Of a stretch of DNA of 64,000 nt, positions 28,395 through 41,790 are shown in pieces. The DNA comes from Eledone cirrhosa (Eukaryota). The notes under the pieces were generated by a model that saw only the letters and a program-made list of their open reading frames with translations, was not told the origin of the DNA and did not search any database. The number at the start of each line of letters is the position of its first letter. Within the stretch, counting starts at the first letter, position 1. A program made the translations under genes and the position numbers. Location: positions 23,367-87,366 of the forward strand of contig CAXHJY010000720.1 in the NCBI GenBank assembly GCA_964016885.1, in the 5' to 3' direction.

Positions 28395-28925
28395 CTAGAC
28401 CAATAGAGGCCCGCTGGGTCACGTTCACTTGAAAATATTAAAAAAAAAATCTTTTTAAATAATTGAAATATACGCAGACATGTATATAATGTGGAGTGAA
28501 ACTGGAAGGCCCATGTATATATATATAAATACATGTGTGTGTGATCTGTATACACTGGTAATAGACCCACATACACACATATATACACACAACACCGCCA
28601 GTTCTCTCTCTTCCATTCTCTTCTCTGTCTCTCCTCCCTTTCTCTCTGTCTATCTTTCAATCTACTCTCACACAGCCCCTATCGCTTTCTCTCTATCTTT
28701 ATATCTCTCTCTCTCTGTTTTTGAAGGTACCCGGAAAACCCCATATCTCGGGAACCCGTGGTCCGTTTTACGCGAAACTTGTTTTTATTCCATTTGTATT
28801 CCCATTTCAGGGTCAACTTCCTTTCAAAGTATTTTCCCATTATGCGCCCTTTTGGCTGTATTACATTACAGACAAGCAAGCAAGCCAGCAATCACAGACT
28901 TTTAGTATTATATATATATATATAA
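28395..28925 (-). mobile_element. Possible older non-autonomous Helitron
   Basis: Minus strand ends ...GCGGGCCTCTATTGGTCTAG|T and starts (TA)nATACTAAAAGTCTG..GCTTGCTTG; hairpin degraded, 5' TC not clear. Confidence 0.4.
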
Positions 28926-29023
28926 TATATCAAAGGTATATATTGAGTTAGAAACTCAAAATAGTCTTTTACAATTGGAACACATATATTTCATATCTGT
29001 GTTTATCTTTCTTTTATATTCAA

Positions 29024-29520
29024 CTAGCAGTGGTACCCGGCGTTGCACGGGATAAGGTATTTTGGAACGCGGACCGCCAACAGACCTAATCGTGGAAAAA
29101 CTGCATGCCTGGACTATATGTAAAGAGAATAAACCGAATACTCTGATGGTTGGATAACCTTTAAGATTTTCCTCGATGAAGCAGGAAAAATGCAGGTTTT
29201 CACATAATGCGGGCCCTCGGCCATAAAAAAGTTGGATTTTCTTTGCTCACAGCATTAAGAGGAGAATGACTAATACATAGTTACAATTTCAAGTAAATCG
29301 GTCTGACGTAACGCCTCAAAAAACCCCTAAAGAGCTGAAAAAACGTAAGTTTTTCATCTAATGCGGGCCCCAGAAGATCAAAACGTTTATGTGCATAACA
29401 CTCCCTGAAACATAAGTAATACACATGTAAAGTTTGAAAAACATCGGTTGGGTACTTCTCGAGTGTTAGGGATTCAAACTCTCTCTTTCTCTCACACATC
29501 CTCAGTTTTATATATATAGA
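29024..29520 (-). mobile_element. Non-autonomous Helitron
   Basis: Minus strand starts A|TCTATATATA and ends with hairpin CCCGTGCAACGCCGGG followed by CTAG|T: canonical 5'-TC/CTAG-3' ends in an AT target, no TSD. Confidence 0.85.
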
Positions 29521-29701
29521 TTATATATATATGTGTGTGTGTATATGTGTGTATTTATATATGTTTGTATATATATATATACATATATGTGAGTATATAT
29601 ACATGTGTGTATATATACGTGTGTGTGTATATATATACATGTGTGTGTATATATACATATATATGTGTATGTGTGTATATATATATATGTGTGTGTGTGT
29701 G

Positions 29702-29748
<47 letters not shown>

Positions 29749-29876
29749 ATATATGTGTGTGTGTATATATATATGTGTGTATATATATATGTGTGTATAT
29801 ATATATGTGTATATATACATATATGTGTATGTACATGTGTGTGTGCGTATTTATGTTTGTATATATATATATATAT

Positions 29877-30430
29877 GGTCGGGTCGTTGGCGACTAAACT
29901 GGCAACCCCACCAAGGTTTCTTGGTGAGGAGGGTGACTTTGGACATCCTGCAGGACTAAAAACAAAACCTGTCAAAGGGCAAAGGAGCTCTTAAGAGTCA
30001 ATGGCCATCCAAAATCACCGGGAGAGATGACCCCTTAGCCTTTGTCAAGGCAGAATTCTAGGAGAAGGAAAACTCTGATATAACACCTGCAACCCTGATG
30101 GTATCCAATGATGTTGACTTGTTCTTCTTTTTGGTAAATATCATCTTGGTTAAGAGAGTGGGACTGGCTTTGTGCAGTGCCTTTGCTCACTATAAAAGCT
30201 TCACGGCACAGGCATTGCTTTATATCTGGAGATCTCTCTGCACTTGTCGTCACATGGTACCATGGGCCCAGCACTATGTGTCAGTAATTGTCACAAGTGT
30301 AGTGTTTGTACCAGAGTTTTCAAGTCGCTGGCTGGACTAAAAAGTCACACTCGTTTAGCGCATCGGTAGGGGTTCTCCTACATGGATATAAAGTAGTGGC
30401 CGTACTCGAAAACGAGTTGGCAGCCACCAT
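29877..30430 (+). mobile_element. RTE-derived non-autonomous retroelement, longest copy
   Basis: 5' segment GGGTCGTTGGCGACTAAACTGGCAACCCCACC resembles an RTE 5' UTR motif; 3' segment has C2H2 motif and short 3' UTR; embedded in microsatellite. Confidence 0.75.
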
Positions 30431-31765
30431 ATATATATAAATATATGCATATATGTGTGTTTATATACATATATATGGGTGTATATATATATATGGGTGT
30501 ATATATATATGGGTGTGTATATATATATGGGTGTATATATATATGTGTGTATATATATATATGGGTGTATATATATATATGGGTGTATATATACATGTGT
30601 GTGTATATATACATATATATGTGTATGTGTGTGTGTATATATATATGTGTGTATAGATATTTGTGTATGTGTGTGTATATATATATATATATGTGTATTT
30701 ATATATATGTGTGTATATATATGTGTATGTGTATATATATATGTGTATATATGTGTATATATACATATGTGTATGTGTATATATATATGTGTATATATGT
30801 GTATATATACATATGTGTATATATACATATATGTGTGTATATATGTGTGTATATATGTGTGTATATATGTGTGTGTATATGTGTATATATACATGTGTGT
30901 ATATATGTGTATATATATATGTGTATATATACATATATGTGTGTATATATATATGTGTATATATACATATATGTGTGTATATATATATGTGTATATATAC
31001 ATATGTGTGTATATATATATGTGTATATATACATATGTGTGCATATATATATATGTGTATATATACATATATGTGTGCATATATATATGTGTATATATAC
31101 ATATGTGTGTATATATACATATGTGTGTATATACATATATATATGTGTATATATACATATGTGTGTATATATACATATATATGTGTGTGTGTGTTTGTGT
31201 GTATGTACTATATAGATGTTTTCCATTGATAACTACGAAAATTAGAAATAATCGAAGCAAAAATTATTTGGAAACGACAATAGCAAAAATCATCTTGAAA
31301 ATATTCTTATTGCCCCATATTTTCAGTGCTAATCCCAGAATATTAAAAAAATAAAAATAAAACTTTCATTGATACTGCCTCAAGTCCATAACAAATGTAA
31401 TACCATTATTGCAGTTAGATTATCTATCGTTTCCTTAGAGCAAGTTGTACAGGAAAAACATATTGGAAAATTGTTAACGACTCAACTACAGTAAAGCCTA
31501 AACATTGTGTTTATCGTATCAGATTTCTGCTAATTTCTCACTATATGTAATCTCTAAAATCTCTGCTTGGCACCAAAATAATGTGAATTATATATATAAA
31601 AAAATCATTGAAATGAACAGGTGATTGGCGTACCAAAGTTTTTATTCATATAGTCATGGTTACATTTTATGCAAATGATAAAAAAAATTATAAGATTTAT
31701 TGATCAAACATTTCTAGATTTTAACTACGAAAAGATGTTTTATTTATTATTTATATCATATAGAA

Positions 31766-31960
31766 GGGCGGGGGATTGGCAGTATCGGTAGCGGGTCTGA
31801 CGCCATGCTTTGCAGCAAAGAGAGTTAGGGCCCTTTATAGTCTGAGTTCAAATCCCTCCGAGGTTAACTTTGCTTTTCACCCTTACGGGGTCGATAAAAT
31901 AAAATACCAGTAATGTACTAAGGTAATTGCTAGCCTTGGGCGAAAAGTAGAAACAATTAT
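31766..31960 (+). mobile_element. Dominant SINE copy
   Basis: Family similarity. Confidence 0.88.
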
Positions 31961-32019
31961 TAAGTATTATAGACGAAGATTTGTAGATTTTTATTTGTTT
32001 TAATAATTCACCGAATGAT

Positions 32020-32070
32020 TCAACGGGCCGCACAAAACTCTTTGTCGGGCCGTAGTTTGCTCACCCCTGA
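32020..32070. mobile_element. hAT-type DNA transposon terminal fragment
   Basis: GGGCCGCAC...GGGCCGTAGTTTGCTCACCCCTG resembles hAT/Charlie-type MITE ends (CAGGGGTG). Confidence 0.5.
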
Positions 32071-34315
32071 TCTATACTATCCCTCAATACCTCTATCCAT
32101 GTGTTTCTTATTCAGGAGTTAACATTATTTTCTTATTGATTTGAAAATAATTGTTTCTACTTTAGGCACAAGGCCAGCAATTACCCAGTGCATTACTGGT
32201 ACTTATTGATTTGAAAATAATATCCGAGTAAACATACTGCGTTAATTCGGACAGCGATGCAAAACTGGCAAATGACGAATATAAAACTAATTGTTCTTTA
32301 AATTTTATTCTTAATTTAAATCAGATATAAATTACATCTATTGGGATAGTTAATTCAATTATTTAAAATTCTTGACAATTCTGACATCCTACGCAAGCAA
32401 ATGAACAATTATGTACGGTTACATGTATGGCTTTGTAGTGACCTACATTCCGCGGGCTCACATACATTCTCTGTGCGTGATTTGGCATGCCAGCTCAACC
32501 TCTGTTAATAAATAATGTAAAACCAAGCTAAAGTCGTTGTTGATATTCCTATCATATCTCTCTACCAAACCTGGTTCCTCGTGGCGACATTACAACAACT
32601 TCTGAAATATACTTCTCCGCTAAATCTGGTGACAACACTCTATCTACCAAATTGGTGACTTATATTCAACAAAGAGAAACATTTCTTTCCTTTAGCTTAC
32701 TGGTTGGGGTGTGCGGCTCACGATGGTAGAAAGGCCATGAGTTTGATTCCCGGTAGCTCGTTGAGCCCTTGAGCAAGTCACTTTACTCTTCATTGCTCCA
32801 TTCTACTCAGCTGGAGAAAATTAGTTCGTCTTTTGATGTAAAATGGCCGTTTTGTTAGACACTGTATGACGTTGAATTTCCCTGGAAAAAAAAAATTAAT
32901 CTTGAAAGCTGGAAAGACAAAATTGACCTCGACAGAATTTGAACTGAGATCGCAGTGAGCTGGATCAAGTACCAAGGAGGATCAAATCCCAAGGCATTTA
33001 ATCCGATGTCATAAGAACTCTGTTAATTTGCTACTTTGTATGTTGAGAATAAGCCCCGTGAGACATGCAGATAATACCCTTGCTGAGATATTTATTCACC
33101 TCTAACGCTTTATTGTATAAAATGCCTGGAACGTCTCATTTGTTAATGAGTTCCACCAAGGACACGCCATCTTAAATAAGATTATTCAAATAGCTGCCAG
33201 TATTTTGAAAGTAAGAGATCTATAAATCATCAGCAGGAGATTAAACCACCTGAGCCAAAACTATATCGAGATAACATTGCATCGAAGTCCTATTAACTCT
33301 TTCAGTGTTTCTATTATATTTTAAATTGAAACAATTTTCACTGAAACCAAAGTGATCTTTAGAAAACCGATTCATTAACTACGGACATCTCCGCACAATA
33401 TACGATAGAATTAAAAAGTGACATTATGGGTGTATATATTTATATATAATAGATATTTATTCAATGAATAAACAGTTTAGTCATGCTTATAACACATTGA
33501 GTGTACTATAAAACAGCGTATTAAACGATAACATTTCGTCTTTTCTTATTTCTTCCTTTATGCGGCTTAATATTATTAAGTTTATTATATAAATATTATC
33601 CATAAAACGAACATGCTTCATTGCTTCATTATAATAAGTGATAATAGTTCAAATATAGGATAAAGCTGTATAAACATTTTTATACAAATTACTTATAATA
33701 GCCGGCAGAGGATTAAAATCAATAATTCTGTACTTTAAATTCCATTTGGCTTCCCAAATGGATAATATTTAATAGCATTCTCGGTTAATGACTCAGGTTT
33801 TAAACGAATATAATGGCCTCCTTGAAGATCCTTTCAAATTAAAACATAATAACCTCTTTTTAGTAATCATAAATGCTGCCTTTATTCAACGTTACAAAGT
33901 TATCTAAATAATATTTAGAACCTAACGTTTCAGATTAGACACATTAAAATAATGTTCTATAGATGTAATGTGGTTTTCGAATATTAATAATAATATTCGA
34001 TTCGCTTGCAATTATGCAAACATGCCTAATTTTTAAAGCCATGTCAGTAGCATGAGCACCTCATTCTTGCTCTTGTGTTGGCATGGAAACAGAACTGCAG
34101 ACACTAATGTTTCTGGGTATCACCCTTCATAATTACAGTTCACTGTTCACTATGCCAACTGTCAGATCTAGTGAAAATATATGATATTCTCTAAAATATA
34201 CGCTGAGTGATCAGCCTGATTTGCATATTAGCAGACTGGCTGATATTATATGTGGGGGAATGTTTGTATGCATGCATGAGCGTGGATGTATACGTGTGTC
34301 CATACATGCATATAT

Positions 34316-34409
34316 GAAAAGAGTCGGGACCCCCGACGACTGAGCTCCGGTCGTTTCGACAGCTAGGTCTGGTGCGTTATGGTCCACCTGGTTCCTTACC
34401 ACACTTCCT

Positions 34410-34412
<3 letters not shown>
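34316..34412. mobile_element. Family F hammerhead-half element in inverted arrangement
   Basis: Antisense stem III/stem II half switches at TCTGG to the sense-strand tail ...GGTTCCTTACCACAC; abuts (TA)n. Confidence 0.75.
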
Positions 34413-34450
<38 letters not shown>

Positions 34451-34555
34451 CGAAGGATATATATATATATATATATATATATAACGAAGGATATATATAT
34501 ATATAACAGTGTTGTAGTTTACTTGAAGCAATGTTGAATAGGAAACACAATTCAA

Positions 34556-34677
34556 ACAATGCACTAGAAAGAAAATCAAGATTGCTAAGATAAGAAAAGA
34601 ATCTTACCTTAGCAAATTTGAGAATGTAAGATTCTTTTGTTATCTTAGCAATCTTCGTTTTCTTTCTAGTGCATTGT
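34556..34677. repeat. Palindrome, 61-bp arms, no spacer
   Basis: ACAATGCACTAGAAAGAAAA...CAAA|TTTG...TTTTCTTTCTAGTGCATTGT with a few mismatches. Confidence 0.92.
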
Positions 34678-35444
34678 ATGGTTTTCAAAATTATTTAAAT
34701 ATATTTTTGTTTGCTTTTCGAATTCAAATCTTTTCTCTTGTCCTCGGAAAAGCCGGCCACTTGTAGGGTAGGAATTTTGACAGGCAACAGATATCAACAA
34801 TGGAAGAAGCAATTATTGGTCTTGTGCCTAAATTAAAGACCAAGTGATACGATTATTCCGAAATTCTACCTTAGAAATATCGCAAATTAGTGTGTCCACA
34901 CCAAGAATTTACTAAAGACGCCGCCTCACACCCCTTTTCCTCATTGGAACTCGAATGGCAGGCAACTCCCGGCGAAGGATTTGTTAGAAACATTTAAATG
35001 TTCCTACATTATGAATGAATATATATGGTCATTGAGCATGATTCCTGTAGTAAATATTTCAATTATATGTGATCTGTTGTTTGTTGTTTTAAACCGGGGT
35101 TGAACGAGCTTACGTCAAAAAGTTAAATCTGTGGAACAATTTTAGAAATTTGAACACGTCTCACGAGAAATAAGAAAATAAGGAAAGTTTCGTGAGATAA
35201 GATTAGTTTTGAAAGTGTTTCATGTTTTATAACAAATATAATATATATATTCTTAATTATCTCGAAAAATAGAAGACGTCTACTGTTCCCCAAAATAACA
35301 ATTTATATTTATTTAATAACTTTCGATTTCTTTTAGTATTTTCTTCTTTTACTGGTTTCTGCCAAAAGACTGTGGCCATATTGGGGCAACACTTTCAAGG
35401 GTTTTTCTTTAATTGATCATGAATATTCTACAAGATGATATTGG

Positions 35445-35658
35445 TTTTTGATTTAGGCACAAGGTCAACAATTTTAGGGAGGGGAAAGTCTATTAAATCG
35501 ACCCCAGTGCATTACTGGAACTTTATTTTATCGACCCCGTACGGATGAAAGGCAAACGCAAAGCTATCCTCGGTGGGATTTCAACTCAGAACGTAAATGG
35601 TTTTAACTCTGTCACAAAGCATGGTGTCCACGCCCTGACGATACTGCCAATCATCCGC
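35445..35658 (-). mobile_element. Long-form dominant SINE, diverged
   Basis: Family similarity. Confidence 0.8.
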
Positions 35659-35794
35659 TCTGATTCTACATATAATTGCATATGGAGTTTGTTATAAACT
35701 CTAATATCAATGTTCGTTCTGGAGAATTGTTTTACGAGATGTTTTTTTTCTTTTCTATTGTCTTCACACTTCTCAAATGACTGCTGAAACCTTC

Positions 35795-37123
35795 TTCTTT
35801 GCCCTCTTATACCTGAGAGGGACGTGGAGGCAGAGACATAAAGCACTCTTTCTCGTAGGTCCTGTTTTCAAATGATCCGGGTGGATCCCTAATCGATACC
35901 AGCTAAAATTATGGATGTTACGCAACCATCTTGCTCAGTGTCTACCCATGGGTCTCCTGCCGGTTAGTTTTGTCTGTAAAATCTGTCCAATACTTATTTC
36001 TTGAGACATTCTAACCACATGCCCATAGTATTGGAGCTGTGATCTGTCAATTTGGAGAAGTAGCGGGTCTACCTGGAGTGACTCTTTGATCTCCCAGCTA
36101 TGCACTCTATCGAGTAAGTTTACTCCAAAGACGCAAGGTCTACCCTGGGTCTTCTGCCGGTTAGTTTTTCCCGTAAAATCTTTCCTGAGACATTCTAACT
36201 ACGCGCCTATAGTATCGAAGCTGTGATCTCTCAATTCAGAGATTCTTTTCTAAGACGTTCTAACCACATGCCCATAGTATCGAAGCTGTGATCTCTCAAT
36301 TCAGAGATTCTTTTCTAAGACATTCTAACCACATGCCCATAGAATTGAAGCTGTGATCTCTCAATTCAGAGATTCTTTTCTAAGACGTTCTAACCACATG
36401 CCTATAGTATCGAAGCTGTGATCTCTCAATTCAGAGATTCTTTTCTAAGACATTCTAACCACATGCCTATAGAATCGAAGTTGTGATCTCTCAATTCAGA
36501 GATTCTTTTCTAAGACATTCTAACCATATGCCTATAGTATCGGAGCTGTGATCTCTCAATTCAGAGATTCTTTTTTAAGACGTTCTAACCACATGCCCAT
36601 AGTATCGAAGCTGTGATCTCTCAATTCAGAGATTCTTTTTTAAGACGTTCTAACCACATGCCCATAGTATCGAAGCTGTGATCTCTCAATTCAGAGATTC
36701 TTTTTTAAGACGTTCTAACCACATGCCCATAGTATCGAAGCTGTGATCTCTCAATTCAGAGATTCTTTTCTAAGACGTTCTAACCACATGCCCATAGTAT
36801 CGAAGCTGTGATCTCTCAATTCAGAGATTCTTTTCTAAGACATTCTAACCACATGCCCATAGAATCGAAGCTGTGATCTCTCAATTCAGAGATTCTTTTC
36901 TAAGACATTCTAACCACATGCCCATAGAATCGAAGCTGTGATCTCTCAATTCAGAGATTCTTTTCTAAGACGTTCTAACCACATGGCTATAGTATCGGAG
37001 CTGTGATCTCTCAATTCAGAGATTCTTTTCTAAGACGTTCTAACCACATGCCTATAGTATCGGAGCTGTGATCCCTCAATTCGGAGAAGTAGTGGCTCTA
37101 TCTGGAGTGAATATCTGAGCTAC
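35795..37123 (-). mobile_element. Second RTE-like LINE 3' fragment hosting a 65-bp array
   Basis: Homologous to 24055-26350. Confidence 0.8.
36181..37082. repeat. 65-bp tandem satellite (~14 units)
   Basis: Unit GATTCTTTTCTAAGACGTTCTAACCACATGCCCATAGTATCGAAGCTGTGATCTCTCAATTCAGA (starts at 36241, 36306, ...). Confidence 0.97.
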
Positions 37124-37730
37124 GTTATTATTAACAATAATATAAACGTTTGTATTAGAGAACTGGTTTACGAGTTGTTCTTTATTCTATTGTCTTCACG
37201 TTTCTCGTATGAGACTGCTGACATCAATTCAAGAATTGTTTAAATGGTAAATGATATAGCCCCTCACCTGACATTAGTTTTGATTCATTATTGTATATTT
37301 GGTGCTACGTCAAAATTGTCTGATTATGCGGCACCTTTAAACAAGGGGTCCTCGCTCTATGATCGGTAAATATTGATTCTGACATATATCATAGTTAAAT
37401 CACATTTATATATTATATTACATAGACAGACAGACATATACACACGCACATAAATATATATATATGTATGTAAGTGGGTATATGTGTGTGTATGTGTGTG
37501 TATGCGTATGTTTCTATATCTATATGTATGTATATAGATGTATGTAGGTGTGTGTGCATGTATCAGTGTATATATGTATGTGCGTATGTATGTGTGTATG
37601 GATGGATGGATGGATGTATCAATGCGTCTACGTGTGTGTATGTATGTGCGTATAGGTGTGTATGTATGTGCGTATAGGTGTGTGTGTGTATGTATGTGCG
37701 TATAGGTGTGTGTATGTATGTATGTATGTG

Positions 37731-38967
37731 CGTATAGGTGTATATATGTACGAGCGTATGTATACATTTATGAGTGTATAGGTGTATATATGTACGAGCG
37801 TATGGATACATTTATGAGTGTATAGGTGTATATATGTACGAGCGTATGGATACATTTATGAGTGTATAGGTGTATATATGTACGAGCGTATGTATACATT
37901 TATGAGTGTATAGGTGTATATATGTACGAGCGTATGGATACATTTATGAGTGTATAGGTGTATATATGTACGAGCGTATGGATACATTTATGAGTGTATA
38001 GGTGTATATATGTACGAGCGTATGTATACATTTATGAGTGTATAGGTGTATATATGTACGAGCGTATGTATACATTTATGAGTGTATAGGTGTATATATG
38101 TACGAGCGTATGTATACATTTATGAGTGTATAGGTGTATATATGTACGAGCGTATGTATACATTTATGAGTGTATAGGTGTATATATGTACGAGCGTATG
38201 TATACATTTATGAGTGTATAGGTGTATATATGTACGAGCGTATGTATACATTTATGAGTGTATAGGTGTATATATGTACGAGCGTATGTATACATTTATG
38301 AGTGTATAGGTGTATATATGTACGAGCGTATGGATACATTTATGAGTGTATAGGTGTATATATGTACGAGCGTATGGATACATTTATGAGTGTATAGGTG
38401 TATATATGTACGAGCGTATGTATACATTTATGAGTGTATAGGTGTATATATGTACGAGCGTATGGATACATTTATGAGTGTATAGGTGTATATATGTACG
38501 AGCGTATGTATACATTTATGAGTGTATAGGTGTATATATGTACGAGCGTATGTATACATTTATGAGTGTATAGGTGTATATATGTACGAGCGTATGTATA
38601 CATTTATGAGTGTATAGGTGTATATATGTACGAGCGTATGGATACATTTATGAGTGTATAGGTGTATATATGTACGAGCGTATGTATACATTTATGAGTG
38701 TATAGGTGTATATATGTACGAGCGTATGTATACATTTATGAGTGTATAGGTGTATATATGTACGAGCGTATGGATACATTTATGAGTGTATAGGTGTATA
38801 TATGTACGAGCGTATGTATACATTTATGAGTGTATAGGTGTATATATGTACGAGCGTATGTATACATTTATGTGTGTATAGGTGTATATATGTACGAGCG
38901 TATGGATACATTTATGAGTGTATAGGTGTATATATGTACGAGCGTATGCATACATTTATGAGTGTAT
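37731..38967. repeat. 44-bp minisatellite, ~28 near-identical copies
   Basis: TATAGGTGTATATATGTACGAGCGTATG(T/G)ATACATTTATGAGTG. Confidence 0.97.
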
Positions 38968-39151
38968 ATGTGTATGTATATATGTGCGTCTATGTGTGTA
39001 TGCGTGTATGTATGAATGTATATGTATGAGACAAGTTAGTTGTCAAGTGGGTATTTTCAAAACTGTGTGGCGTAAGACCAGATATTTATTGCTGCAATGA
39101 CTTGTGGCAATCGGTCAAATTGTTGTCCCGAACGCAAATTAAACGAAATCC

Positions 39152-39154
<3 letters not shown>

Positions 39155-39189
<35 letters not shown>

Positions 39190-39345
39190 TATATACGTCT
39201 ATATGTATATGTATATATATATATATATGTCTATATATGTGTGTATATATATATACGTCTATATGTGTGTGTATATATATATATATATATACGTCTATAT
39301 ATGTGTGTATATATATATATGTGTGTATATATATATATACGTCTA

Positions 39346-39381
<36 letters not shown>

Positions 39382-39759
39382 CGTCTATATATGTGTGTGT
39401 ATATATATATATATATACGTCTATATATGTGTGTGTATATATATATATATATACGTCTATATATGTGTGTATATATATATACGTCTATATATGTGTGTAT
39501 ATATATATATATATATACGTCTATATATGTATATATATATACGTCTATATATGTGTGTATATATATATACGTCTATATATGTGTGTATATATATATATGT
39601 CTATGTGTATATATATATATATATATATACGTCTATATATATGTGTGTATATATATATATGTGTGTATATATATATATATATACGTCTATATATATGTGT
39701 GTATATATATATATGTGTGTATATATATATATACGTCTATATATATGTGTGTATATATA

Positions 39760-39791
<32 letters not shown>

Positions 39792-39799
39792 CGTCTATA

Positions 39800-39831
<32 letters not shown>

Positions 39832-39979
39832 CGTCTATATATATGTGTGTATATATATATATATACGTCTATATATGTGTGTATATATATATATATACGT
39901 CTATATATGTGTGTATATATATATATACGTCTATATATGTGTGTATATATATATATATACGTCTATATATATATGTCTA

Positions 39980-40013
<34 letters not shown>

Positions 40014-40400
40014 CGTCTATATATATATACGTCTATATATGTGTGTATATATATATATATACGTCTATATATGTGTGTATATATATATATATACGTCTAT
40101 ATATATATGTCTATATATATGTGTATATATATATATATATATATACGTCTATATATAAGTGTATATATATACGTCTATATATATGTGTATATATATACGT
40201 CTATATATATGTGTATATATATACGTCTATATATATGTGTATATATATACGTCTATATATGTGTGTGTAATTATATACGTCTATATATGTGTGTATATAT
40301 ATACGTCTATATATGTGTGTGTAATTATATACGTCTATATATGTGTGTATATATATGTGTGTATATATATATATACGTATATATATATATATGTAAATGT
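39155..40400. repeat. (TA)n satellite punctuated by ACGTCT
   Basis: Directly visible. Confidence 0.95.
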
Positions 40401-40602
40401 ATATGCATATTTATGTCGTATATATATAAATGTGTCGGTGTGTATGCATCTATGCATATGTGTGTATACAAGTATGCATATATACGCTCACCTATATACA
40501 TACATGTATGTATATATATATGTGTGTGTGTGTGCCAACTTATTTGCCATTCTTATGTGATTGTACCTATTGTTACTTATATATATATATAAATTACCAT
40601 AG

Positions 40603-40706
<104 letters not shown>

Positions 40707-41200
40707 TTATATAAAAATTACCATATCTATCGATGTTAATTGGGATACACACATATATTTACATTCTACATAAACTCTCTAATATCGGAGACAAAAATTG
40801 TTTGGTCAGGCAAATCAAAATGTCGGTTTTCGAAAAACAACATATAATTATATATATTTGAAATTATGAGTGACAGTCACAGAAGACGTTGCAATTTGCA
40901 TGTCTGTTATTTCAATAACATAATTGTTGAATATATAGCTCTGGGCATGAAGCTAAAGCTTCTGTTTCCGATACTGATAATAATGGCTTGTATACTAAAG
41001 TATATGCTGTAGATAGAATTAATAATACCCATTATGTATTACCATATAGCTTACGGCTTTCTTAAATTCTGCAAAAATTATAGCTAACATATATGTATAC
41101 TTCGAGATTTAAATATTTTATTTTATTTTCCTCTCCAAATACATATATATATATCTGTACTTTTCAAAAATAAATAATTATATAAATTCAACTATTTGTG

Positions 41201-41240
<40 letters not shown>

Positions 41241-41499
41241 CACGCTCCAGTATTTTAATCCTTTTTACTGTCATTTCTATAATACGAAGAGGGTGTTTAA
41301 CTCCAACACGCTACAGTATTTTAATCCTTATATATATATATATACAGTTGTATATATGCATATGTACTTTTAAAATACAAATACCTACATAAAGGCATAT
41401 ATTTGTGTCAAATAGATGCATATATATGAAAGATATAAAATAAGAAAATTATAAAAATTAACTTACTGACTAAAATTTCACTCCAACTAATTAGTTTCT

Positions 41500-41566
41500 G
41501 AATAAACATGGTTTCAAAATGGAAAGCATGGAGAAGCCGTTTCGTCATCAGGAAGTCTGTTCTCAG
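41500..41566 (-). ncRNA. Decayed hammerhead motif related to 28275-28351
   Basis: Minus strand ACTTC-CTGATGA-CGAAACGG..CCATTTT-GAAA-CCATGT; stem I partner lost. Confidence 0.45.
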
Positions 41567-41609
41567 CTCAGTTACCAGGCGAAGCGTGGACACGGGGAAT
41601 ATATATAGG

Positions 41610-41745
41610 AAAAGAGTCAGGACCCCGACGGCTGAGCTCCGGCCATTTCGACAGCCAGATCCGACATCCTTTCTTATTACCCACTCTACTACCCTAAGTA
41701 TTGAGTACTCTGGTGCGTTATGGTCCATATGGTTCCTTACCACAC
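41610..41745. mobile_element. Family F hammerhead-half element in inverted arrangement
   Basis: Antisense half to ~41664, then sense tail TTATTACCCACTCTAC...TTCCTTACCACAC; TA tracts on both sides. Confidence 0.75.
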
Positions 41746-41753
41746 TTTATTTG

Positions 41754-41790
<37 letters not shown>

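Noticed and set aside
33697-33830. Minus-strand frame DLQGGHYIRLKPESLTENAIKYYPFGKPNGI
   Set aside because: Short, ends in a stop, no canonical donor site and no recognisable family.
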